DNA of 64,000 nt from Patescibacteria group bacterium (GTDB lineage Bacteria; Patescibacteriota; CPR2; UBA1875): the NCBI GenBank assembly GCA_041737595.1, contig JBGSRK010000009.1:56360-120359 (forward strand), read 5' to 3'. Shown in pieces: positions 39,473-48,917 of the stretch; the first letter of the stretch is position 1; every line of letters starts with the position of its first letter. The translations under genes and the position numbers were made by a program. A model generated the notes under the pieces. That model was not told the origin of the DNA. It did not search any database and was given only the letters and a program-made list of their open reading frames with translations.

Positions 39473-40473
39473 TAATATTTATCAACCCCAATTGATTTTT
39501 TAACTCTTGCAACTACATCTTGGACTACTTTTCGGCCTTTTTCAGTCCCCTCTTTCATAACTTCTCGAACATATTTAGGATCGTTTTCAAATTTTTTTCT
39601 TTTTTCACGAATTGGAGCAATAAAATTTTCCATTGCAACAAAAAGTTTTTCTTTTACTTCAACATCGCCAACTGTCCCCTTTTTATATCGTTCTTTCAAA
39701 TCGTTTACTTCAGATTTATTCGGATTAAAGACATCATGATAAATAAATACTGGGTTACCTTCAACCTTACCTGGCATATCAGCTCTAACACGAGCAGGAT
39801 CAGTATACATACTCATAATTTTTTTCTTTAATGATTCTGTAGATTCACATAAGTAAATTGAATTTTCTAAACTTTTAGACATTTTTGATTTTCCATCAAG
39901 CCCTATTAATCTAGCTACATCACCAACCATTGCCTTACTTTCTTTAATTGTTTTCCCATAAAGTCGGTTAAATGTTCGAACAATTTCGTTTGTTTGCTCT
40001 ATCATAGGCAACTGATCTTCCCCTACTGGGACAAGATCTGCATCAAAACCAGTAATATCTGCAGCCTGAGAAACAGGATAAGTTAAAAATCCCATAGGAA
40101 TACTTTTTTCGAATCCCTTTTGATTCAACTCTTCCTTTACCGTTGGGTTTCTTTTTAGGCGTCCAAGGGTAACTAGATTCATATAAAAAAATGTAAGTTC
40201 TGCAAGTTCTGGCACCTGACTTTGTATTACAATTGTAGCTTTTTTAGGATCTATCCCTATAGATAAATAATCCATTACAAGTTCTCGAACGTTTTCTGAA
40301 ACTTTTTTAGGATCATCAAAATTATCGGTTAGTGCCTGAAGATCAGCTATAAGAATATACTCATCATATTCATCCTGAAGCTTCACTCTATTTGCAAGTG
40401 ATCCGATATAATGACCAACATGTAATTTCCCAGTTGGTCTGTCACCAGTTAAAATTCTCTTTTTCATAAACAT
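39469..40473 (-). CDS. trpS: tryptophan--tRNA ligase
   Basis: TGDRPTGKLHVGH, YPVSQAADI, VGEDQ, KMSKS. Confidence 0.97.
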   Translation of the reverse strand: MFMKKRILTGDRPTGKLHVGHYIGSLANRVKLQDEYDEYILIADLQALTDNFDDPKKVSENVRELVMDYLSIGIDPKKATIVIQSQVPELAELTFFYMNLVTLGRLKRNPTVKEELNQKGFEKSIPMGFLTYPVSQAADITGFDADLVPVGEDQLPMIEQTNEIVRTFNRLYGKTIKESKAMVGDVARLIGLDGKSKMSKSLENSIYLCESTESLKKKIMSMYTDPARVRADMPGKVEGNPVFIYHDVFNPNKSEVNDLKERYKKGTVGDVEVKEKLFVAMENFIAPIREKRKKFENDPKYVREVMKEGTEKGRKVVQDVVARVKKSIGVDKYY

Positions 40474-40487
40474 ATTTTATCTCCTTT

Positions 40488-41190
40488 TTACCTTTTAGTT
40501 AACTCTTTTAATGTTTCATCTATTAACGCTTTTGTGGAATCTATTATTGGAATTTCTGTATTTTCTTTATTAATTAATTGATAAAGATCAGAACAACCGA
40601 GTATTATTGCTTCTGCCCCGATTGATTGTAAGTTAATAATTATATTATTTAATTCGTTCAGATTTTTAATAACTCTTTGCTGTAAAAGATTATTAATAAT
40701 AATATTTATTATTTTTTGATCTTTTGCTTCGGGATATATTATATTTACGCCAAATTTTAAAGCTTTTTTTTGATATATTCTACTTTTAATTGTTTGCCCC
40801 GTCGCTATAAGAGCAACTTTTCTGAAACCTTTTATTTTTACTATATTTATAGTTGCGTCTATAATACTTAAAAATTTAGCTTTACTATATTTTTTTATTT
40901 CAAATTCAAATATATGAGCCGTGTTACATGGTAATATAATTAAATCTGCTCCTGCTTTTGTAAGCTTATCTACTGACGACAATAAATATTTTTTTAGTTT
41001 AATAATATTTTTGTTTTCAGTAATAATTTTTTCTTCAATAGAAAATTTCAAAGGGATACTGTTAATTAGAATGTCCGGATAATGATTTTGTTTATTTAAA
41101 TTAGATCTTTTTGTTAAGCCAAAGATAAACCTCGGCCGTTGTTACAGGGCCAAGGCCTCCAATAATTCCTATTGTTTTTAGCTTATTCAT
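40488..41190 (-). pseudogene. aspartate/glutamate racemase family, frameshifted
   Basis: N-terminus MNKLKTIGIIGGLGPVTTAE (ATG 41190) is out of frame with the body carrying PCNTAH and LGCSD; one extra base near 41130. Confidence 0.8.
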
Positions 41191-41282
41191 AAAAATATTA
41201 TAACACATAAATACTCTAAAATGAAGAAGGTCGACAGTTGCACCTTAAGTGCGAACTATCGACCCATTTATTACCGACATTT

Positions 41283-41642
41283 CTACTTAAGGGTTAAATC
41301 GTATGGGAAAAGGGCTTCATTCACAATCCTTACAGCCCAATCACCACCGTCGTTGACCCTATCCATACCATAGTAGAAACGACGAACCAGACGCTCTCCT
41401 CCTGAAACTAGATCACCAAGTGTCTTAATCCCCTGCTTTATAAGCCAGGAAATAAAAACATCTGGTAAAACCAGTTTCTCAACCGAAATTCGAGATGCAA
41501 TCAATTGATCTTTGAGGTATTCAATTGCCACCTCAACTGTGGTTATCCCCTCTTCGAGAAAATAGAGTGCGTCGTCAAGTTCCATTATGTCAGTGATTTG
41601 AATACCTTTTATGGTATTCAGATTCCTCTGCCGTGTATTCAT
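41283..41642 (-). CDS. small protein with an RNA polymerase alpha-CTD-like C-terminal half
   Basis: ISVEKLVLP...WLIKQGIKTLGDLV...LFPYDLTLK; AAGGAG RBS; own terminator at about 41228-41265. Confidence 0.55.
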   Translation of the reverse strand: MNTRQRNLNTIKGIQITDIMELDDALYFLEEGITTVEVAIEYLKDQLIASRISVEKLVLPDVFISWLIKQGIKTLGDLVSGGERLVRRFYYGMDRVNDGGDWAVRIVNEALFPYDLTLK

Positions 41643-41739
41643 TTGTCTGCTCCTTCTACGACTAAGCTACAACTGCAGAACGCCGCTATTCTAACATAAA
41701 ATATTAGTTTTTTCAATAAATTATGCTATAATTTGCATA

Positions 41740-41918
41740 TAAAAGCGTATAAGTCAGCTAGTCACTGATGAGCATTGGGAAGAAATCGAAAGAAAGTAGA
41801 CCCCAACGGGTAAGCCCGTAATAGCAGGAATGAAGAGCCCTCGCGCCTGCCTGTCGCAGACAGGGAATTGGGGTGGTACCTCCGCCGACAAGCGGACCCC
41901 AAGTGCAGGGATTTTTTT
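41740..41918 (+). promoter_or_regulatory. T-box leader of valS
   Basis: T-box AATTGGGGTGGTACCTCCG, candidate Val specifier GTA in GAAAGTAGA, T run before the AGGAG RBS. Confidence 0.8.
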
Positions 41919-41929
41919 ATAGGAGAAAA

Positions 41930-44095
41930 ATGAAAGAACTACCAAAACATTTTGATTTTTTAGATCAAACAAAAATATATAAACTATGGGAAGATGGGGG
42001 ATATTTTAAACCAGTAAAAAAAGCTGGCGTTAAGCCTTTTTCTATCATTATGCCGCCGCCAAATGCAAATGGTTTTCTGCATATTGGCCATGCTGTTTTT
42101 GTTACACTTGAAGATATAACTATTAGATATCACAGAATGAAAGGGGAACCAACTCTTTGGCTTCCGGGGGCAGATCATGCAGGGATTCAAACACAGGTTG
42201 TTTATGAAAAAGAGCTTTTAAAACAAGGTAAAACTCGCTTTGATTTAGGTAGAGACGAATTTTATAAACAAACATATGATTTCACAATGGGAAATAAGAA
42301 AATTATGGAAAACCAACTTCGAGAACTTGGAGCGAGTTGTGATTGGTCTCGAGAACACTTTACTTTAGAACCAGATATTTCAAAATCAGTTTATTATACT
42401 TTTAAAAAAATGTATGACGATGGCTTAATCTATCGAGGAGAAAGAATAATTAATTGGTGTCCAAGATGTGGGACAGCTTTATCTGATATTGAGGTTATAC
42501 ATAAAGAAAAAGAAGGGAAACTAACATATATAAAATATCCGATAGAGAATAGTAATGACTTTATAACTGTTGCAACAACAAGACCAGAAACAATGCTCGG
42601 AGACACCGCCGTTGCTGTAAACCCAGGTGATAAAAGATATAAAAAATATATTGGTCTTAATCTAATTTTGCCTTTATCAAGCCGTAAAATACCAATAATA
42701 TCTGATGAGGCAGTAGATATTACTTTTGGAACTGGAGCAGTTAAAATTACACCAGCGCACGACCCATTAGATTTTGAAATATCAGAAAGACATAATTTAG
42801 ATGTTATTGAAATTATTAGTAAAGATTTAAAAATGACAAAAGAAGCAGGTAGTAAATACAGTGGCCTAAAATATAATGTAGCCAGAGAAAAAGTTATTGA
42901 AAATCTTAAAAAATTAAATTTGGTTGAGAAACAAGATAACTTTATTCATTCAGTTGGAACGTGTGAAAGATGTAAATCAACTATTGAGCCATTAATATCA
43001 AAGCAATGGTTTGTAAAGATAAAACCTTTAGCTGAAAAAGCAATTAAGTCAGTAAAATCAGGTGAAATTAAATTTACTCCAAAAAGATATGAAAAAGTTT
43101 ATTTTAATTGGATGGAAAATATTCGTGATTGGTGTATTTCAAGACAAATATGGTGGGGGCATAGAATCCCGGTATATTATTGCCAAGACTGTGGCGAGAT
43201 TATAGTAGAGGTGGAGGCTCCGAATAAATGTAAATGTGGAAGCAAAAACATAATGCAAGATCCTGATACTCTTGATACTTGGTTTTCGTCAGGGCAGTGG
43301 CCTTTTAACACTTTAGGATGGGATAAGGAAGTATCAAAGGGCAAAAAATCAAAAAATGGTGATTTTGAATACTTTTATCCAACTTCAGTAATGGAAACTG
43401 GAATGGATATTTTATTTTTCTGGGTTGCAAGAATGATTATGCTTGGGATATATTGCACCGGTAAACCTCCGTTTACTGAGGTAGTTCTACACGGTCTTGT
43501 TAGAGATAATGATCGTCAAAAGATGTCAAAATCAAAGGGTAATTCGGTTGATCCCCTTGGAATTGTTGAAATATATGGGACAGATGCTATAAGAATGGCA
43601 CTTGTTTTTGGAACAGGTATTGGGAATGATATTGTTATTTCAGAGGATAAAATTAAAGGATTTCGTAATTTCAGTACAAAAATATGGAATGCTTCTAGAT
43701 ATATACTTATGAATTTAGATGGATATAAAAATGTTCCACGTGGAACATTAGAAAAGATGTTTACTAAAGAGGATCTGTGGATAATTAAAGAATTTGAAAA
43801 AACTACTGAAAAAATAACAAATTCACTTGAAAAACATAATTTTCATCATGCTGCCGAAGAAATATATGAATTTTTCTGGCATAAATTTTGTGACAAAACA
43901 ATTGAAGATACAAAAAAACGCATATATGAGGGTTCAGATAAGGAAAAAATGGTTGCAAAATGGGTATTATTTAATGTTTTATCTGGATCATTAAAGTTAT
44001 TACATCCATTTATGCCTTTTGTAACAGAAGCAATTTGGCAGAATCTAAATAATAAAACACCTTTAATTGTATCTGAATGGCCTAAAAAGCTATAA
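41930..44095 (+). CDS. valS: valine--tRNA ligase lacking the C-terminal coiled coil
   Basis: PPPNANG.LHIGH, DHAGI, ATTRPET, DWCISRQ, KMSKS; ends at SEWPKKL. Confidence 0.96.
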   Translation: MKELPKHFDFLDQTKIYKLWEDGGYFKPVKKAGVKPFSIIMPPPNANGFLHIGHAVFVTLEDITIRYHRMKGEPTLWLPGADHAGIQTQVVYEKELLKQGKTRFDLGRDEFYKQTYDFTMGNKKIMENQLRELGASCDWSREHFTLEPDISKSVYYTFKKMYDDGLIYRGERIINWCPRCGTALSDIEVIHKEKEGKLTYIKYPIENSNDFITVATTRPETMLGDTAVAVNPGDKRYKKYIGLNLILPLSSRKIPIISDEAVDITFGTGAVKITPAHDPLDFEISERHNLDVIEIISKDLKMTKEAGSKYSGLKYNVAREKVIENLKKLNLVEKQDNFIHSVGTCERCKSTIEPLISKQWFVKIKPLAEKAIKSVKSGEIKFTPKRYEKVYFNWMENIRDWCISRQIWWGHRIPVYYCQDCGEIIVEVEAPNKCKCGSKNIMQDPDTLDTWFSSGQWPFNTLGWDKEVSKGKKSKNGDFEYFYPTSVMETGMDILFFWVARMIMLGIYCTGKPPFTEVVLHGLVRDNDRQKMSKSKGNSVDPLGIVEIYGTDAIRMALVFGTGIGNDIVISEDKIKGFRNFSTKIWNASRYILMNLDGYKNVPRGTLEKMFTKEDLWIIKEFEKTTEKITNSLEKHNFHHAAEEIYEFFWHKFCDKTIEDTKKRIYEGSDKEKMVAKWVLFNVLSGSLKLLHPFMPFVTEAIWQNLNNKTPLIVSEWPKKL
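43732..43747. promoter_or_regulatory. parS site 1 (inside valS)
   Basis: TGTTCCACGTGGAACA, a perfect 16-bp ParB-type palindrome. Confidence 0.85.
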
Positions 44096-44112
44096 TTATA
44101 TATAGAAATAGA

Positions 44113-44128
44113 TGTTCCACGTGGAACA
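44113..44128. promoter_or_regulatory. parS site 2
   Basis: TGTTCCACGTGGAACA within a 36-bp palindrome at 44103-44138. Confidence 0.88.
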
Positions 44129-44162
44129 TCTATTTCTAATGCTTGAAACATTTATATGAATA

Positions 44163-45047
44163 ATGCAATATAGATATATGAGAAAAAATATATATATATA
44201 TTTTCTAATAGTATTTTTATTTATATTTAACGGTTATTCTATATATTTATCTACAAGATATTTAAATATAAAAAGAATTAATTATTCTAAAGAATTATTA
44301 ACCAAATCAGAAAAAAGTGATAATAAGCTCATATACTTAATTGAATCTGATATATTAACCCCAAAGGATGATAAAAAACTAGAAATAGCTAATATATATC
44401 TTAAATCTGGAGATTTTAGTCTTGCTAATATGTATTTAAAGCTAATAAAGGACCCTTCGGGTATAGTTAAATATGCTGAATCAGCTTTAGAGGAGGGTAA
44501 TTATACAGTTTTTAATAATTTATATCAAAAAATTAATAATGAAGCAGTGAAAAATGAATTAATTTTTTTTGAAAAATTTACTAAAGGAGAGTATGAAGTA
44601 ATAAATAGTATTAACGATGAACCTGTTACAGGTCTAGGTAAAGTATTATTAGCCATAAATAAAAGAGATTATTCAGAAATTGATGATAATGGGGCTATAG
44701 TCGAGATTATTAATAGTCAAATAAATGATAATATAATATTCACCGAGTTAAATATTTCAAAATCATTAATAGAAATGTCTCAAATAAATATCGCAAAATA
44801 TTTACTTAATAGAATCAATAGTGAAAGACCTGAAATATCGGTTACATATTTACTCCAATCTAAAATTTTTGAAAAAGAAAACAATTATAATAAAGCAATA
44901 GATTATATTAAAATCGCAATTTCAAAGGATCCATCTAATATTTCTTACTACGAAGAGGGGATTATACTTTCAGAAAAAACAAAAAACAATATAGATTTAA
45001 GTTTCTTTAAAAATCGTTTAGATAGTTTAAATTCTTCAATAAAATAA
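44163..45047 (+). CDS. membrane-anchored TPR-like protein
   Basis: N-terminal TM helix; TPR-like NYNKAIDYIKIAISKDPSN. Confidence 0.6.
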   Translation: MQYRYMRKNIYIYFLIVFLFIFNGYSIYLSTRYLNIKRINYSKELLTKSEKSDNKLIYLIESDILTPKDDKKLEIANIYLKSGDFSLANMYLKLIKDPSGIVKYAESALEEGNYTVFNNLYQKINNEAVKNELIFFEKFTKGEYEVINSINDEPVTGLGKVLLAINKRDYSEIDDNGAIVEIINSQINDNIIFTELNISKSLIEMSQINIAKYLLNRINSERPEISVTYLLQSKIFEKENNYNKAIDYIKIAISKDPSNISYYEEGIILSEKTKNNIDLSFFKNRLDSLNSSIK

Positions 45048-45049
45048 TA

Positions 45050-45065
45050 TGTTCCACGTGGAACA
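45050..45065. promoter_or_regulatory. parS site 3
   Basis: TGTTCCACGTGGAACA within palindrome 45045-45070. Confidence 0.88.
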
Positions 45066-45152
45066 TATTATAAAATGGCTTTATAAAGCCATTTTATAAT
45101 AAATTACTATTGTAAATAATATCAATTTATTATAATATAAGCAGGTTCTTAG

Positions 45153-45228
45153 GCGCCCGTAGCTCAGGGGATAGAGCGTATGGTTGCGGTCCATAAGGTC
45201 GCAGGTTCGATTCCTGCCGGGCGCACCA
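45153..45228 (+). tRNA. tRNA-Arg(GCG)
   Basis: GCGCCCG/CGGGCGC acceptor stem; TATGG-TTGCGGT-CCATA anticodon arm. Confidence 0.93.
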
Positions 45229-45418
45229 ACGTCAGAATAAACTGACAGCTTTCACAAATTAGCATTTGTTTCAATTTCTCGTTATTTTTCCTCAGCGATG
45301 AAAATCGACAAATTTTCATCGGTTCCAACCAAATCTGTCGATTTTGTCGGAAGAGGAGGAATTGCGATAGGATGAAGACGTGATAACCACGTCGGAATCC
45401 GTAAGCGAATTCTGACGT
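45229..45418. repeat. two tRNA-abutting elements back to back filling the Arg-Ser spacer (arm 5 inverted, arm 2 forward)
   Basis: Spacer begins ACGTCAGAAT and ends ATTCTGACGT; two AAATC-(GACA/TGTC)-RATTTT palindromes in the middle. Confidence 0.8.
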
Positions 45419-45510
45419 GGTGGGATGCCAGAGTCCGGTTGAATGGGCCGCACTCGAAATGCGGTATAGTCGCAAGATTATCGGGGGTTCGAATCCCTCT
45501 CCCACCGCCA
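45419..45510 (+). tRNA. tRNA-Ser(CGA)
   Basis: GGTGGGA/TCCCACC, CCGCA-CTCGAAA-TGCGG, long variable arm, G73. Confidence 0.96.
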
Positions 45511-45664
45511 TAATTAGACAATTTTGCCTTTAGGCGAAAGTGTCGAATTAATTACGAAGGAAATGGGATGAGAACGGGTTTGCCCCGACGGCAAACCCCG
45601 GCCCGAAGCCCAGCGACATTGGAGCTGGGTTGCAAAGCAAGGTCGAATCCCTCTCCCACCGCCA
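45489..45664 (+). repeat. 22-nt direct repeat of tRNA-Ser 3' end enclosing a 132-nt structured insert
   Basis: TCGAATCCCTCTCCCACCGCCA at 45489-45510 and 45643-45664. Confidence 0.9.
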
Positions 45665-45698
45665 GAGATAAGATTATAATTATTTTTATAAGGAAAAA

Positions 45699-46241
45699 AT
45701 GTCAGTAAAGATAACATATTTTGTACATGGCACCACAATTGATAATGAAAGCCATATATCCTCTGGTTGGAAAGATATTAATCTTTCTGAGCTCGGGGTT
45801 AACCAGTCAAAAGAACTTCCCTTTTTAAATACAGACCAGTTTGACGTTGTATTCTGTTCTGATCTAACTCGTGCAATTCACTCAGCAAAACTTTCATTTA
45901 AAAACAAGTTCCCAATAATTGTTGATAAGAGGCTACGTGAGTGTAATTATGGAGATTACGACGGAAAACCGTCAGAAATTGTAGAACCCTTGCAAGAAAA
46001 AATGGTACAAGAAAGATTTCCTAACGGTGAGTCTTATGAAGATGTTAAATTCAGGATAGAATCCTTTTTAAAAGATATTGAAAAAAATTATAATGGTAAA
46101 CAAATTGCAATTGTTGCTCATAAAGCTCCACAAATCGTTTTAGATGTTCTATTAAAAAATATGACTTGGGATGAGGCATTTGCCAATGATTGGCGTAAAG
46201 TCGGGAAGTGGCAACCAGGTTGGGAATATTTACTAAAATAG
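45699..46241 (+). CDS. histidine phosphatase family protein
   Basis: VHGTT (RHG variant), SDLTRA, LRECNYG, FPNGES, VAH. Confidence 0.88.
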   Translation: MSVKITYFVHGTTIDNESHISSGWKDINLSELGVNQSKELPFLNTDQFDVVFCSDLTRAIHSAKLSFKNKFPIIVDKRLRECNYGDYDGKPSEIVEPLQEKMVQERFPNGESYEDVKFRIESFLKDIEKNYNGKQIAIVAHKAPQIVLDVLLKNMTWDEAFANDWRKVGKWQPGWEYLLK

Positions 46242-46281
46242 AAGTATATACACGATAAAGGCAATTAAATTGATTTAAGCT

Positions 46282-46551
46282 ATGAATAATATTAAAATAC
46301 TAATGGAGGAGTATATTTTAAAAATAAAACCATATCTATGGGCAACACTTTGGTCACTATTAGTCTCTTTCCTTTTAGGGACTGGTTGGTATATTTTATT
46401 TACATATAGTTCAGATATAACAGTTTATAATTTGTTAATTGATATTTTTTCAGGATTAAATTTTTGGCTTAACGTCGGCATTTTTACTGTCTTATATTCG
46501 ATATTCATTACTTATCCAGTAGTATTTTTTAGAAAAAAGAAAGTAAATTAA
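46282..46551 (+). CDS. small 2-TM membrane protein
   Basis: Two hydrophobic segments and a basic tail. Confidence 0.6.
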   Translation: MNNIKILMEEYILKIKPYLWATLWSLLVSFLLGTGWYILFTYSSDITVYNLLIDIFSGLNFWLNVGIFTVLYSIFITYPVVFFRKKKVN

Positions 46552-47060
46552 TGGCAAAAATTTTAATAATTATACCTCATGATCGTTTTCGAGATGAAGA
46601 ACTTGATGCATTAATTAAAGAAATAGATTCTTCTGAACATACATACGAGATTGGTTCTTCTCACCATACAGAAGCTAAGGGTCAATATGGGATGATTATA
46701 AAACCAGACGTTGATATTAAATATGTTGAACCAAACGACTATGACTGTTTAGTTTTACTTGGAGGAGCTGGTACACAAGAGTTTATATTGGATTCATTAA
46801 TTACTAATTTGATTGCTAAATTTTATTATGATAGAAAAATAATTGCAGGAATTGGTATGGCAGTAGGTTTACTCGCCTATGCAGGCATACTTACTCAGAA
46901 AAGAGTAACCTGTGATCCTTTAACTTCTTCAAAAGTAACTGATGCCGGAGCTTTTTTTACTGGAGCGGGAACCGAATGGGATGGTGATATTTTAACTGGA
47001 AGCGGGTACAGAGCCTCAGAAGAATTTGCAAAAGAACTTATAAAAGGTTTAAAATCATAA
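46551..47060 (+). CDS. DJ-1/PfpI family protein
   Basis: FRDEE, YDCLVLLGGAG, DGDILTG; nucleophile elbow reads AGIG. Confidence 0.85.
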   Translation: MAKILIIIPHDRFRDEELDALIKEIDSSEHTYEIGSSHHTEAKGQYGMIIKPDVDIKYVEPNDYDCLVLLGGAGTQEFILDSLITNLIAKFYYDRKIIAGIGMAVGLLAYAGILTQKRVTCDPLTSSKVTDAGAFFTGAGTEWDGDILTGSGYRASEEFAKELIKGLKS

Positions 47061-47077
47061 AGCTAAGTTAGGATATT

Positions 47078-47974
47078 ATGCCGGAATTGCCTGAAGTAGA
47101 AACCATAAAGAGGGATCTAGAAGATGTTTTGATTAATAAAAAAATCAAAGACGTAGTTTTTATGTGGCCTGGAATTCTCAAAGGTGTTGAACCTGAAATA
47201 TTCTTAAAATATGTTAAAAATATAGAAATATTATCAGTTCAGAGAAGAGCAAAAAATATCAGTATTAAGCTTTCAAATGACTGGAACCTTCTTTTTCATA
47301 TGAAAATGACAGGACATTTAATTTATACTGATAAATCATGGAAAGTTGATAAAAATGGAAAATGGATAGCCCACAATAAAAAAAATAGCCCACTTTTTGA
47401 TCCACTGAATCAATTCATAAGAGTAATATTCTATTTATCTAATAATAAAATATTAGCTTTTTCAGATCTTCGTAAATTTGCATACGTAAAATTACTTAAT
47501 TCGGAAGAATTAACAGATGCTTTTAAAAATTACGGTCCAGAACCATTTTCAAATAGTTTTAATCTTGAATATTTAACTAAGTTATTTTCGAAAAAAAATG
47601 TTTCAATAAAAAAAGTTATTTTGGATCAAAAAAATATCGCAGGTATTGGTAATATTTATGCTGACGAAATATTGTGGGAATCTAAAATACATCCGCTAAG
47701 GGCAGCATCGAGTTTAACAAAGAATGAAATTAAATTATTTTATAAATCTACAAAAAGCATATTGACCAGAGCAATTGAAAAAAGAGGTACATCAACTTCT
47801 GATTTTAGAGATATATCTGGTAAAAAGGGCTCATTTAGTGAATCACTAAGGGTCTATCGACAAACAGATAAGCCCTGCGAAAGAGATGGTAATTTGATAC
47901 AAAGAATTTCAGTAGGTGGAAGGGGTACTCACTTTTGTTCAAAATGTCAGAAATTAGAGGCTATAAATGATTAA
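47078..47974 (+). CDS. mutM: formamidopyrimidine-DNA glycosylase
   Basis: MPELPEVE, HMKMTG, DLRKF, AGIGNIYADE, C-terminal zinc finger. Confidence 0.97.
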   Translation: MPELPEVETIKRDLEDVLINKKIKDVVFMWPGILKGVEPEIFLKYVKNIEILSVQRRAKNISIKLSNDWNLLFHMKMTGHLIYTDKSWKVDKNGKWIAHNKKNSPLFDPLNQFIRVIFYLSNNKILAFSDLRKFAYVKLLNSEELTDAFKNYGPEPFSNSFNLEYLTKLFSKKNVSIKKVILDQKNIAGIGNIYADEILWESKIHPLRAASSLTKNEIKLFYKSTKSILTRAIEKRGTSTSDFRDISGKKGSFSESLRVYRQTDKPCERDGNLIQRISVGGRGTHFCSKCQKLEAIND

Positions 47975-48884
47975 AATATTTTATGGTGATGATAGTTTTT
48001 CTATTTCAAAAGAGTTAGAAAGACTTTATCTCGCCAACCAAAAAGATAATGGTGAAATAATTAATATAGATAAAAGTATTGAGACAAGCATTTCATCTAT
48101 GATTCTTTCTGTCTCTTTTTTTAATAATAAAAGATTATTTATTATTAAGGATTATTTATATGAAATACCCGATAGTGATATTAAAAGTATTATTGATAAC
48201 TTTTCTGAAATATCAAATATAACAGATATAATTTTTATTGAAAAAACAATTTCAAAAAAATCTAAACTTATTGATTTTATAAAGAAAAACGGAGAGATTA
48301 AACCTTTTGAATTAAAAGGTTATTCAGATCCAAAAAGTTTTATTAAAAAAAGATTTCTAGACGAAGGGGTAGATATTGCTCCTCTCGCAGTGGAAAGATT
48401 AGCAAGTTTTGTGGGTAATGATTTTTGGCAACTTTCAGAAGAAATAAATAAATTAATCCTATATAAAAAAGGTGAAGAGATTGACCCTTGTATCGATAGT
48501 ACAGATGTAGATCTTTTAGTCAAATCTAATTTTGAAGCGAATATTTTTGAACTTTTGGATAATATTTCTGCTAAAAATATAAAAAAATCTACTGAGCTTA
48601 TAAATAGTTTTTTAGAATCTGGAGAAAATGCTATTTATATCCTAACCATGATAGAAAAACAATTCAGAAATATCGCTATGGCAAAATTTGAAAATGGGAT
48701 CAGTGATTTTAATCTTGCAAAAAAAGCAGGAATTCACCCCTATGTTGCTAAAAAATCAATATCACAAGCAAGATCATATTCAAAAGAGGATATATTAAAT
48801 ATTTATAAAAAATTAATTTGGGCTGATTTAAAACTAAAAAGTGGGTTTGAACCAAACCAAATTCTCTTAAGAATTATTAATTAA
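47967..48884 (+). CDS. holA: DNA polymerase III delta subunit
   Basis: FYGDD, EINKLILY, NIFEL, HPYV, DLKLKSG. Confidence 0.85.
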   Translation: MIKIFYGDDSFSISKELERLYLANQKDNGEIINIDKSIETSISSMILSVSFFNNKRLFIIKDYLYEIPDSDIKSIIDNFSEISNITDIIFIEKTISKKSKLIDFIKKNGEIKPFELKGYSDPKSFIKKRFLDEGVDIAPLAVERLASFVGNDFWQLSEEINKLILYKKGEEIDPCIDSTDVDLLVKSNFEANIFELLDNISAKNIKKSTELINSFLESGENAIYILTMIEKQFRNIAMAKFENGISDFNLAKKAGIHPYVAKKSISQARSYSKEDILNIYKKLIWADLKLKSGFEPNQILLRIIN

Positions 48885-48917
48885 TGATATCTCTATAGGT
48901 ATGTTAAAATATTTTAT

